45,003 bases of DNA from a virus (IMGVR_UViG_3300027986_000015:1-45003), one strand, 5' to 3'; numbered from the stretch's first letter, positions 18,520-26,612 are shown. Made by a program: numbers and translations. The notes: generated by a model not told the origin, from the letters alone.

Positions 18520-18602
18520 TCTCGTACAAAGTCGGCTAGAGAGGAAGCCACTTGGGGTTCGAATCCCAAGAAACGTGGGTGCAAATCCTACCACGAGAGC
18601 CA
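18520..18602 (+). ncRNA. tRNA-like RNA with two T-arm-like hairpins
   Basis: TCTCGT/ACGAGA-G-CCA; hairpins CTTGGG GTTCGAAT CCCAAG and GTGGG TGCAAAT CCTAC. Confidence 0.55.
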
Positions 18603-18606
18603 GTTT

Positions 18607-18666
18607 TAGTTGCTAACAGCAAACCAAAAATTTCATATTGGCTTGAAAGCAAAAACGCAACTAGTT
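18607..18666 (+). ncRNA. ACAGCA-stem RNA, copy 1
   Basis: TAGTTGC-TAACAGCAA...GCAACTA-GTT. Confidence 0.7.
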
Positions 18667-18724
18667 AAAAAGATTTTGAAATCTGTTTAGAATCCAATCA
18701 GCTTGTGATAGAATAGGTACATAA

Positions 18725-18907
18725 ATGTGTGATTGTTCTTGTAAGTGTGATCGTCAGATGCGTGGTATTACTTCTCAGCAGATGGTTCAACTCGCTGCAC
18801 GCGCTGAAATGTCAATGACCAATATAAATGACAGGAACACCAACCGAATATTGATTGAAAATGCTATTCGGGAAGCAATTCAGATTGTTGATGCTAAATT
18901 GATTTAA
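18725..18907 (+). CDS. Hypothetical protein
   Basis: 60 aa ORF after a TGTTTAGA promoter. Confidence 0.5.
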   Translation: MCDCSCKCDRQMRGITSQQMVQLAARAEMSMTNINDRNTNRILIENAIREAIQIVDAKLI

Positions 18908-18914
18908 AGTTTCA

Positions 18915-19000
18915 TGTGGGGTCAACGATTGTGATTGAATCACTTCATCGGGTTTATACCGGGTGTTGATTTAGTAGAAGATCACATAGATTCTGCACCA
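18915..19000 (+). ncRNA. CCA-ending structured RNA
   Basis: TGTGGGGTC/GATTCTGCA terminal stem (GU-rich) followed by CCA. Confidence 0.4.
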
Positions 19001-19004
19001 GTTT

Positions 19005-19070
19005 TGGATGCTAACAGCAAACCCTAAAATTTCAAACCATTTAATCTTGAAAGATAAAAGGCATCCAGTT
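19005..19070 (+). ncRNA. ACAGCA-stem RNA, copy 2
   Basis: TGGATGC-TAACAGCAA...GCATCCA-GTT. Confidence 0.7.
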
Positions 19071-19074
19071 AAAA

Positions 19075-19150
19075 GGTCTATTAGCTCAATTGGGAGAGCA
19101 ATCCCCTGTCACGGGATAGGTAACGGGATCGAAACCCGTATAGACCGCCA
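19075..19150 (+). tRNA. tRNA-Asp (GTC)
   Basis: ATCCC CTGTCAC GGGAT, G73-CCA. Confidence 0.92.
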
Positions 19151-19156
19151 AATATT

Positions 19157-19234
19157 GTGTCGCTAGCTAAATTGGATACAGCATCGGACTTTTAATCCGA
19201 CGACTTCTCGGTTCGAATCCGAGGCGGCACACCA
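19157..19234 (+). tRNA. tRNA-Lys (TTT)
   Basis: TCGGA CTTTTAA TCCGA, CCA. Confidence 0.92.
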
Positions 19235-19323
19235 AATTCGATTGTGAGAGTATGAGGTGATTTAGGGTATATCCCTAATGATCTTAGCAGGTTACAAATG
19301 ATCGAACCGAATAGGGTAGTGAA

Positions 19324-19491
19324 ATGGTAGATGTTAAAGTTCCAGATAATGAAGTTGATTTGTTGTCATGGTATGAAAGTTACCGTCCGGCTGGTTCCGG
19401 GCCACTATCGATGATGCGGGTTGTTCGTGCCCTGTTGCGGGAAATTGCACGGCTACGCGGTTATCAGACGGACTTTGATAAAGTTCGTTAA
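19324..19491 (+). CDS. Small hypothetical protein (55 aa)
   Basis: Manual: MVDVKVPDNEVDLLSWYESYRP...FDKVR. Confidence 0.5.
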   Translation: MVDVKVPDNEVDLLSWYESYRPAGSGPLSMMRVVRALLREIARLRGYQTDFDKVR

Positions 19492-19623
19492 CAGAATGGA
19501 AACTCCCCCGTTAGGTACTTTGTACGACGGTTTCTGTCAACGCCCAAGGGGATAAGCGTTGACCCCCAAAAGTTCAGGGGATTTGCGGTTTGACGATCAC
19601 CAATAGAACTCAATCGTCAGCAT

Positions 19624-19721
19624 GGGAAGGTAGCTTAGTTAGTAAAGTTACGTTTGAGGACACCGACATTAAATTTTGCGGCCCGAGTAGGACGGTGGTT
19701 CAATTCCACCCCTTCCCACCA
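19624..19721 (+). ncRNA. tRNA-like RNA with expanded/non-canonical anticodon domain
   Basis: GGGAAGG/CCTTCCC-A-CCA, D-arm, T-arm GGTGG TTCAATT CCACC; no 7-nt anticodon loop. Confidence 0.65.
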
Positions 19722-19777
19722 AATTCAGACTGTTGTAGCCTTAGCTCCGGTCTAAAAAGGTTGTATAAATAATACAT

Positions 19778-19858
19778 GGTTCATATGACAAATGGCGCGT
19801 CACTCGGCTGTAACCCGATGCGGAAGCAGACTAGGTTCGATTCCTAGATGAACCACCA
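19778..19858 (+). tRNA. tRNA-Tyr (GTA), second copy
   Basis: CTGTAAC loop, short variable arm, CCA; TATAAATA at 19764-19771. Confidence 0.82.
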
Positions 19859-20015
19859 AACATGCTGTAGTGCTAATTAGGCGAAGTAAGGCCCGTCTTA
19901 GGATTCCATCAAATGCTTAGCGGCATTGGGATCAAGAGTCTAGCCGGTGTAGCCACAACCGGGGATAGTATGTACCGTGACCCACGTATACGGTTTAAAA
20001 GAACAGTGGCCTAAT

Positions 20016-20116
20016 GGGGATTTAGCTCAGTTAGTAGAGTGCTAGTACCGAAAGCCCGGAAACGGTGTAGCAAGTAGGGAATGAGGTCGGTGGTGCAACT
20101 CCATCAATCCCCACCA
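20016..20116 (+). ncRNA. tRNA-like RNA with expanded anticodon domain
   Basis: GGGGATT/AATCCCC-A-CCA, TAGCTCAG D-arm, T-loop TGCAACT. Confidence 0.65.
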
Positions 20117-20122
20117 AATTAT

Positions 20123-20215
20123 GCAGTGTGGTCTAATGTTAAGACATGTGTTGATGATATCCATGATGGATAGACGCTGAAAGAATCCGAGGTTTGAGTC
20201 CTCGGCACTGCACCA
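20123..20215 (+). ncRNA. tRNA-like RNA with expanded anticodon domain
   Basis: GCAGTG/CACTGC-A-CCA; T-arm CCGAGG TTTGAGT CCTCGG; inner hairpin TATCCA TGA TGGATA. Confidence 0.6.
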
Positions 20216-20284
20216 AATTCGATACCCTGCTATCTAAGGTAACGAACACTCGCTAGACCCGAAGTGAAAGTATCGGGTGACAAA

Positions 20285-20362
20285 GGGGTTTTAGCACAAT
20301 TTGGGAGTGCGCCACCGCATTGCGCGGCAGAGGTAGTGGTTCGAATCCATTAAACCCCACCA
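20285..20362 (+). tRNA. Atypical/pseudo tRNA (Ala-like TGC in a 5-nt loop, no G3:U70)
   Basis: GGGGTTT/AAACCCC-A-CCA; CCGC ATTGC GCGG. Confidence 0.55.
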
Positions 20363-20379
20363 AATTAAAAGAGGTTTAT

Positions 20380-20460
20380 ATGAAATATGTTCGTATGACT
20401 GATGATCGTGGTTTATGTCCTTGGTGCAACAAACCTTGGCATGGCCCTAGTATGTGCTAA
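20380..20460 (+). CDS. 26 aa Cys-rich microprotein
   Basis: GAGG RBS; MKYVRMTDDRGLCPWCNKPWHGPSMC. Confidence 0.5.
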   Translation: MKYVRMTDDRGLCPWCNKPWHGPSMC

Positions 20461-20469
20461 GGAATTGAT

Positions 20470-20598
20470 ATGACCTTTACAAAGATTTCGATGGATAATA
20501 AGAACCGTATGTTTCGACCAATTTGCATTGGTTTAAATGATGGTAGATTGTTTTTCCGAATCGATCTTTGGTGGGTCGGATTTCGAGTCACTAAATAA
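20470..20598 (+). CDS. 42 aa microprotein
   Basis: AAGGA RBS; MTFTKISMDNKNRMFRP...FRVTK. Confidence 0.5.
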   Translation: MTFTKISMDNKNRMFRPICIGLNDGRLFFRIDLWWVGFRVTK

Positions 20599-20607
20599 GT
20601 TTATAAT

Positions 20608-20694
20608 TCCAAGATGCGCAGAATGGTATTGCACCCGGCTGTTAACCGGACGACCGAAAGGTCACTACAGGTTCGAGTCCTGTTCTTGGAGCCA
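20608..20694 (+). tRNA. tRNA-Asn (GTT) with long variable arm
   Basis: CTGTTAA loop, U1-A72, G73; extra hairpin GACC GAAA GGTC. Confidence 0.85.
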
Positions 20695-20788
20695 AATTTG
20701 ATGTAATTTTTGATACCCAAACTTTACTATCAATCAGTTGTGGTCATACAGCGCCCATATCTACTGTAAAATGATAAAGCTGTTATAA

Positions 20789-20986
20789 CGGTGTGTAGCT
20801 CAGTTGGATTAAATTTCGAATGTTGAAACGTCAGAAAGCGCGCTGATAAAGTAAACGCTAGAAGCCTGTGAGGTGTTGTATCTCGGATGGGCGTTGCTTC
20901 CCAGAAGGATATAGGGCGTCATTGGTTTTTAAGAGCACCGGCATCTGAGCCGGAGGTCGTTGGTTCGAGTCCAGCCGCACCGACCA
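20789..20986 (+). ncRNA. tRNA-Pro-like body with about 125-nt D-loop insertion and 6-nt anticodon loop
   Basis: CGGTGTG TAGCTC AGTTGG[insert]GAGC A CCGGC ATCTGA GCCGG AGGTC GTTGG TTCGAGT CCAGC CGCACCG A CCA. Confidence 0.7.
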
Positions 20987-21063
20987 AATTTTGTTTCAAA
21001 AGGTGTTTAGATTCTGTTTCGGTTGTGGTATGATGAATTCATATCCCAAACAGAGATACTGAA

Positions 21064-21483
21064 ATGCCTAATGTGTATAGCCGTCTTGGAACGGTCAGCA
21101 TTGAACAGGTTCAAAACGCCCAACTGGTCACCGCATCTGCGATGAATGACAAGAAGCTTCCAAAGCTTTATGTTCACGGGGTATATGTCAAACTTTTCAG
21201 TGCAGGTACACGGTTGAAGACGTTCTTCAAACATGGAACCAAATGCTCGGCCTGTGGCCTTGAAGCTAAGTTCTATGCAGTAGAGCGACCAATCCATGAG
21301 TCTGGTGATTTCCCATATCATCTGAATCTCTGGGGAATTGATGCAAATGGCGATGAGGTGTTGTTCACCCATGACCATACATTGGCAAGACGTGCGGGTG
21401 GTGCTGATAATACCGGCAATACCACAACCATGTGTTCACCTTGCAATTTTGCAAAGTCCTTGATTGAGAACCGTGGAAAATGA
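21064..21483 (+). CDS. HNH endonuclease-like protein
   Basis: CSACG...THDHTLARRAGGAD...CSPCNFAK. Confidence 0.75.
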   Translation: MPNVYSRLGTVSIEQVQNAQLVTASAMNDKKLPKLYVHGVYVKLFSAGTRLKTFFKHGTKCSACGLEAKFYAVERPIHESGDFPYHLNLWGIDANGDEVLFTHDHTLARRAGGADNTGNTTTMCSPCNFAKSLIENRGK

Positions 21484-21674
21484 TCGAACGTAGTGTTGAT
21501 GTAAAAACAGTTTTGGTTCATGCAGACTGCGAATGTGGTGGTGAGTTCAAAACCACTGGTGAAGCATACATGTGCAATCCACCAAAATACGTTCACATTT
21601 GTAACAAATGTGGTGATTGGATGACATCCCGTGATAAATATCCGGTTACTCGAATGGTGCCTACGTTGAAGTGA
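21480..21674 (+). CDS. Small zinc-ribbon protein
   Basis: CECGG...HICNKCG. Confidence 0.65.
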   Translation: MIERSVDVKTVLVHADCECGGEFKTTGEAYMCNPPKYVHICNKCGDWMTSRDKYPVTRMVPTLK

Positions 21675-21817
21675 TAGATCATGCCTGAAATTGTAGTCGT
21701 CGGACTCATTGTGATGATTTACGCAGCCATTCGTGATGTACCGAGTGTGGTTTACATGTGGTACATCAACTATCTGGTCTGGAAAACTGATCGGAAGTGG
21801 AAACAACAATTTAAAAC

Positions 21818-21891
21818 GCCCCCATAGTATAATGGCATTACGCAGGTTTTGTAATCCTGTTATTACAGTTCGATTCTGTATAGGGGCACCA
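21818..21891 (+). tRNA. tRNA-Thr (TGT)
   Basis: TTTGTAA loop, GCC acceptor, CCA. Confidence 0.88.
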
Positions 21892-21893
21892 AT

Positions 21894-22023
21894 TTTGAGT
21901 CTTCGTAACTACCCCATTAAGGGAAAGACGGCAGGCGAGTTGTAACGAGAGTGATCATACCGCCCAATTGGTCTGTGACGAATTTGGTATTTGATCCATA
22001 TCAAGTCAACTAGACTCAAACCA
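21894..22023 (+). ncRNA. TTTGA...TCAAA-CCA family RNA
   Basis: TTTGAGTC/GACTCAAA followed by CCA. Confidence 0.65.
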
Positions 22024-22025
22024 AA

Positions 22026-22144
22026 TTTGATGATGGACAAGGTTGTAGGGAGAACCCATTTAGGGAATTACCGGTTGAAAGTACAGGTTCTTTGCTGATA
22101 GGAAAACACACGCCCTAGGCTAATCAGTGGAAATCATCAAACCA
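22026..22144 (+). ncRNA. TTTGA...TCAAA-CCA family RNA
   Basis: TTTGATGAT/ATCATCAAA followed by CCA. Confidence 0.65.
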
Positions 22145-22431
22145 AATATGTTCAAGTTCCACACTTTAAATTCGTAAACAGGTCGTCAGGCTATTCCGAA
22201 TGGTAGGTGTGGGGAGACTTAGGCGAGCGGTTAAGCTGAGTGATGAAAACTCGGTCATGGCGTCGGAATCGTGGGGAACAATAACCCGGTAAATACCTGC
22301 GGGACATATCAAAATTTGAATCGAAGGCGAAAGCCCTAAAATCAGCTAGCCGGTAAAGCCCTGAAAGATTGGGTGCCCGAAAGGGTGTTGCGTGACTGAC
22401 CCGGTGATTCAATTTAACTTGTGAGAAATAT

Positions 22432-22752
22432 ATGGATGCTAAAAACAAACAGTACATTGTAGATTTAGACAAAGGCATTAAAGCTGGAGATCTGATTCGG
22501 TCCACCAGTGGTTATAAGTCTTGTGACGGAATTTGTAAGGTCATCCAAGTTGACAACGACCTTAGAGGTAAAACTCTGGTGTTTGCAGTCAGACGAGTGA
22601 TGAAGCCTGACGGTACATTGGTCAAGAATTCCAAATCAACTTGGCATGTATCTGCGGTGTATGCTCAAAAGGTTGACCCAGACAGTTTGTTCGAAGAAGC
22701 TTTGAAACAAGCTGAATTGGCCCGCGATCATTTACGAGCGGCGACCCGATGA
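22432..22752 (+). CDS. Hypothetical protein (paralog of next ORF)
   Basis: SGY....G..KVI...RRVM...G...KNS motif. Confidence 0.7.
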   Translation: MDAKNKQYIVDLDKGIKAGDLIRSTSGYKSCDGICKVIQVDNDLRGKTLVFAVRRVMKPDGTLVKNSKSTWHVSAVYAQKVDPDSLFEEALKQAELARDHLRAATR

Positions 22753-23033
22753 AATCTCTTGTAGGATCATTGGTGTTTTCTAACTCTGGCTATTACCAAG
22801 ACCGAAAAGGTTGGTTTAAAGTCATTGAACATGCCGGTGAGCGTGACACTGCAATTTGCCGTCGAGTTATGACTATCGAGGGTAAGGTACTCAAGAATTC
22901 CTTGAAGCGTATCAAATTTGATGTAAAAGAATTCAATGTTATCACACCGGAGAAGCTGGAAGAACGTCGCCAAGCAGCCTACAAGGCCGCTGATGATGAC
23001 CTCCAATACTTACTGGATATGATGCATAAGTAA
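22749..23033 (+). CDS. Hypothetical protein (paralog of previous ORF)
   Basis: Same motif; ATGA-coupled. Confidence 0.7.
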   Translation: MKSLVGSLVFSNSGYYQDRKGWFKVIEHAGERDTAICRRVMTIEGKVLKNSLKRIKFDVKEFNVITPEKLEERRQAAYKAADDDLQYLLDMMHK

Positions 23034-23085
23034 GAACACTGTTGCTCCCCAGCACGGTCGTAGGGCTATCTAACCCTACACAATT

Positions 23086-23241
23086 AGGATGGAATACAGC
23101 AAAACTTAAAAACTACTGATCGCCTTTTAGGCACCAGATGTACCGATTAGGCGGAAACCTAGACCGAACAGTGGGTATAAATAACTGTGTGCGTATCGGA
23201 AATTGACCTCAGATACAAAAGTTAAAGGGTGCCATCCTGTC
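23086..23241 (+). ncRNA. ACAGCA-stem RNA, copy 3 (long insert)
   Basis: AGGATGG-AATACAGCAA...CCATCCT-GTC. Confidence 0.65.
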
Positions 23242-23246
23242 TATTT

Positions 23247-23322
23247 CTTCCTGTAGTGTTCAACGGTAGCACGTTTGGTTTGGGACCATATAGAGACAGT
23301 TCGAATCTGTCCGGGAAGACCA
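23247..23322 (+). tRNA. tRNA-Pro (TGG)
   Basis: TTTGGGA loop, C1-G72, A73-CCA. Confidence 0.88.
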
Positions 23323-23338
23323 ATTTAAGGTACTGATC

Positions 23339-23500
23339 ATGAGTAAAGGTTCGAGGAAACGTTATGCCGATTGCAAACGTATTGAAAGCGAATTAGAACG
23401 GCTGCGGCAATTGAATGATTCAATGTCGGTTGCATCCAGTATTTTCTATGTAAACTATCTCGCCAAACTCAAGGTCAGAGAAGCCGAAAGATTTAAATGA
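23339..23500 (+). CDS. Small hypothetical protein (53 aa)
   Basis: AAGG RBS; MSKGSRKRYADCKRIE... Confidence 0.5.
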   Translation: MSKGSRKRYADCKRIESELERLRQLNDSMSVASSIFYVNYLAKLKVREAERFK

Positions 23501-23505
23501 TATAT

Positions 23506-23579
23506 CCCGCTATAGCATAATGGTAATGCAATCGGCTGATAACCGATAGATCGAAGTTCAATTCTTCATAGTGGGACCA
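23506..23579 (+). tRNA. tRNA-Ile (GAT)
   Basis: ATCGG CTGATAA CCGAT, CCA. Confidence 0.88.
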
Positions 23580-23672
23580 AGGGCAGGTACATCCCCATTG
23601 TACCGAAACTTAATCATGGGGTGTCCGGCGTGATTAAGTACACATCGAAATTTGTCGATGCTGGGCACCAAT

Positions 23673-23747
23673 GGTTCTATAGGCTAGTTGGTAAACCAAG
23701 TCCCTCATAAGGACAGATCCCCGGTTCAAGGCCGGGTAGAACCACCA
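23673..23747 (+). tRNA. tRNA-Met (CAT), elongator-like
   Basis: CTCATAA loop, G1-C72, CCA. Confidence 0.82.
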
Positions 23748-23752
23748 AACAT

Positions 23753-23867
23753 GCTGTATTACTCGGTTGAGATACATCGTCACCTATTATTGTCCTAGGC
23801 ACAGGGATTGGGGTTGTATCAAAAGTAGGTATCGGGTTCATTGGGTTCGAGTCCCTATATGGCACCA
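23753..23867 (+). ncRNA. tRNA-like RNA with expanded central domain
   Basis: GCTGTAT/ATATGGC-A-CCA, T-loop TTCGAGT, long GATAC...GTATC arm. Confidence 0.55.
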
Positions 23868-24037
23868 AATTTGATGTAATTACTGGCGCAACTTAGGCCA
23901 GCAACACAGATTGAAATCGCTCCGCTCGGTAACTGGCTCCTTCAATGGATATGTGCGATTAGTCCCGGTGTTACATCAGGTAAAACGAGTTCCATCCACT
24001 GGCTTAGACTTGTTCTTTGTTACGTTGGAACCATCAT

Positions 24038-24111
24038 GGGGCTATGGTAAAACGGGAATACGACTGCCTTGCACGCAGTAGTTCGGGGTTCGACTCCCCG
24101 TAGCTCCACCA
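24038..24111 (+). tRNA. tRNA-Ala (TGC)
   Basis: G3:U70, CTTGCAC loop, CCA. Confidence 0.93.
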
Positions 24112-24182
24112 AATATATGTTTTGAATGTGTTTAGATTCTGTTCCGAGTATGGTAGAATAGACACATAGCGACAAAGAATAT

Positions 24183-24260
24183 GGGGATGTGACGCAATTT
24201 GGTAGACGTATGGAGCTTAGACCTCCAGTGTTGTCGGTTCGAGTCCGACTATCCCCACCA
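24183..24260 (+). tRNA. tRNA-Leu (TAG) with short variable loop
   Basis: TGGAG CTTAGAC CTCCA, Leu-type D-arm, 5-nt variable region. Confidence 0.88.
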
Positions 24261-24281
24261 AATTTGATACAAAGGTTTTAT

Positions 24282-24338
24282 GTCGGTATCACCCTGAATT
24301 GACAGGGCATTCTAGAAAAGGGGAGCCAACCGGCACCA
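24282..24338 (+). ncRNA. Mini CCA-ending RNA
   Basis: GTCGGT/ACCGGC-A-CCA with inner CCCTG/CAGGG hairpin. Confidence 0.4.
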
Positions 24339-24340
24339 AA

Positions 24341-24442
24341 TTTGATACAAGATCAGAGTAAACGAGACAACTGATCGAATCCATAAGTTGCTGCAATTGC
24401 AGAAATCCTTCTCAGGAAATGCAACTAGGATGTATCAAACCA
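24341..24442 (+). ncRNA. TTTGA...TCAAA-CCA family RNA
   Basis: TTTGATACA/TGTATCAAA followed by CCA. Confidence 0.65.
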
Positions 24443-24461
24443 ATTTATTAAAGTGTGGAAT

Positions 24462-24974
24462 ATGATAGAACTTTGGAAAGATGTTGTTGGTTATGAAGAT
24501 CATTTCCAAATTTCGGATCATGGCCGTATTTTAAGAAAGCGAACTAATCGAATTTTGAAATCTCGTATACATGATGGGTATGTTGTAATCGATCCGAAAG
24601 TTAATGGTGAGGTTATACACTTCAGATTACATATATTAGTGGCGAATGCGTTTCTCGATTCGCCGGATGATCATATACTCGATTGGGCTGCAAAAACAAA
24701 ATATGGTACACCTTATGTGAACCATAAAGATGGTAATAAGGCAAACAATCATTCTGGTAATTTGGAATGGTGTACGGGTTCTGAGAATATGTGTCATGCA
24801 CATTCGTATAAAACAGAACCTCTGACTTCCGATGATATCATCAAAATTAAATCGATTTACATCCCCGGTAGGAAGGGTGGATTTGGCTGTAGAAAAATCG
24901 CCAAGCTTCTAGGTCTTGATGTAAATTCTGTTACAAATGTAATACATAAAAACTTTTTGTGTCATTCAATATGA
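24462..24974 (+). mobile_element. Free-standing NUMOD4-HNH homing endonuclease in the tRNA array
   Basis: ELWKDVVGYE..FQISDHGRI (NUMOD4); HILVANAF; VNHKDGNKANNHSGNLEW..GSEN..HA. Confidence 0.85.
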
Positions 24975-24983
24975 CCAAGCTTT

Positions 24984-25060
24984 GCCCTTATCGTCTATCA
25001 GGTTTAGGACGCCAGACTTTCAATCTGGAAAATCGGGTTCGACTCCCGATAAGGGCACCA
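24984..25060 (+). tRNA. tRNA-Glu (TTC)
   Basis: CCAGA CTTTCAA TCTGG, CCA. Confidence 0.92.
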
Positions 25061-25065
25061 AATTA

Positions 25066-25206
25066 TGCTTCAGGCCGTTCAAATTGCTGAACCCGAATTA
25101 GACGGGCACCAATTTGGTTTATGTAGTCCTAAGTAGCCGGGAACGTCGCCAGTTAAGTTGTACAGCGCGGCTATAACTTGTTACCTGATGCAGCGGTGAA
25201 GCACCA
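25066..25206 (+). ncRNA. CCA-ending structured RNA
   Basis: TGCTTCA/TGAAGCA terminal stem followed by CCA. Confidence 0.5.
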
Positions 25207-25212
25207 AATTAT

Positions 25213-25339
25213 GCTTTGTGAATGGTCTTGTATCGTTTGAAGTGCTTAGTGAGCCGAATCGGATAGCTTCCGTGAAAGCTGGGATAATAATGGCCCAGAC
25301 ATTAGATACAACGTGGTTCGACTCCGCGACATTGCTCCA
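25213..25339 (+). ncRNA. tRNA-like RNA with large central insert
   Basis: T-arm CGTGG TTCGACT CCGCG, imperfect acceptor, T-CCA end. Confidence 0.5.
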
Positions 25340-25353
25340 AATATGAGTATTAT

Positions 25354-25563
25354 ATGAACAGATTCGGAATGAAACACCCAACCGGGAAACTGGTTATCGG
25401 GAAAGACTTCAAATTCGTCGGTGTTACTGCTGGTGCAATCGCATCACAATGGACTACCGAAAAGGAAATGATGAAAACCGTGAATGGTCTTTTGAAAGAT
25501 CCTCAGTTCAAAAAGTCTGATTATTTCCATCTGTTGAATGATGCTGTGGTAGAACTTGTATGA
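25354..25563 (+). CDS. Hypothetical protein
   Basis: 69 aa ORF. Confidence 0.6.
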   Translation: MNRFGMKHPTGKLVIGKDFKFVGVTAGAIASQWTTEKEMMKTVNGLLKDPQFKKSDYFHLLNDAVVELV

Positions 25564-25814
25564 TGTACTGCGAACACTGTGATCGATGTGGTCCACATTT
25601 GTGTTTGGAGTTGATCCGAAAACATCGGGAAAGTTTTACACCAGAACAGAATTCTGCTAGGAACGCCGAAATGTATGAAAGCCTTCAAAGAGCTATTGCA
25701 GCCGGTAAAGAATTGAAAGATAAATACGGTATCGAGTTGGTGTGTAACCAGAAGAAACTGGATTATCTCGAATCTACTGACATGGCAGATGCTGTTGAAC
25801 GGTTGGTTGAATAA
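25560..25814 (+). CDS. Hypothetical protein
   Basis: Coupled 84 aa ORF, N-terminal Cys cluster. Confidence 0.6.
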   Translation: MMYCEHCDRCGPHLCLELIRKHRESFTPEQNSARNAEMYESLQRAIAAGKELKDKYGIELVCNQKKLDYLESTDMADAVERLVE

Positions 25815-26023
25815 TGTACGCCGAAGACCTTGCATGGCTTTTAAGTGGAATCCCAGCGGCGGATTATCTTTTGATGCCGTTTGAGACTCTGAAAGAATAT
25901 GAAGCAACCTTACAAAGATTTGATCCAACTCTTAACAGTGATGTTGCCTATGCGGCGACTTTCAACTGTTTCCAGAAGGTTAAGGCGGCTTTGAAACAAT
26001 TGGATACTGATCTGTCAAGGTGA
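25814..26023 (+). CDS. Hypothetical protein
   Basis: TAATG-coupled 69 aa ORF. Confidence 0.6.
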   Translation: MYAEDLAWLLSGIPAADYLLMPFETLKEYEATLQRFDPTLNSDVAYAATFNCFQKVKAALKQLDTDLSR

Positions 26024-26100
26024 CAGCGCTGATTGCTAATCAGTTGGACTCTACGGGGTTTGGGATCGATACCTACTGTATCCGCCAATTTATTAACGTG

Positions 26101-26331
26101 ATGGTAATTGTGATGCCTACAGTTCAAGAACTGAGAGAACGCGCTAAAAGAGAACAAGAGAAACGTCGCCGCCAACAAAATTCGTCTGGCTCGACACCTT
26201 TCTCAACTGATGGATTCTTCGAATCTACTAATTATTTCAACACCCCTGACAGCTCAGATAATTCTGGTTGTGGGAGTTGGGGTTCCGGGTCTTCAAGTTC
26301 TGATTCCGGCTCATGTAGTTCTGATTCGTAA
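26101..26331 (+). CDS. Hypothetical protein with Ser/Gly-rich tail
   Basis: Ends SDNSGCGSWGSGSSSSDSGSCSSDS; start uncertain. Confidence 0.55.
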   Translation: MVIVMPTVQELRERAKREQEKRRRQQNSSGSTPFSTDGFFESTNYFNTPDSSDNSGCGSWGSGSSSSDSGSCSSDS

Positions 26332-26612
26332 TGTTGTTTGAAGTTAAGACTGTAAAGGTACAGTGGCATAAGACTGGTATTGTTCATTATGTCATGAAAG
26401 GTACTATCAGCGATAATAGATTCTACGGTGAATTTCTTGTCCGAAAGGGTAAGAATACACCATTGGAAGTTAAGTTCACTAAAGCAGAATTGCTTGAGAA
26501 AGAACTGGATGCCGAATATCGGTTCGCACTTGCCGGTGCGATTAAAAGCCATGCAAAGATTTTGATCAAGAAGTACATTCAGGATATCCCGAATTACGTT
26601 CAGATCGATTGA
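26331..26612 (+). CDS. Hypothetical protein
   Basis: TAATG-coupled 93 aa ORF. Confidence 0.6.
   Translation: MLFEVKTVKVQWHKTGIVHYVMKGTISDNRFYGEFLVRKGKNTPLEVKFTKAELLEKELDAEYRFALAGAIKSHAKILIKKYIQDIPNYVQID

Noticed and set aside
19624-19721. tmRNA
   Set aside because: 3' end resembles a tmRNA tRNA-like domain, but it is only about 98 nt with no G3:U70 and no tag ORF
20808-20932. Group I or II intron in the D-loop
   Set aside because: Too short; no recognisable P7 core or domain V; kept as an unexplained insertion
22235-22256. Hammerhead ribozyme core (CTGAGTGA...GAAA)
   Set aside because: Could not assemble the three helices and cleavage triplet by eye
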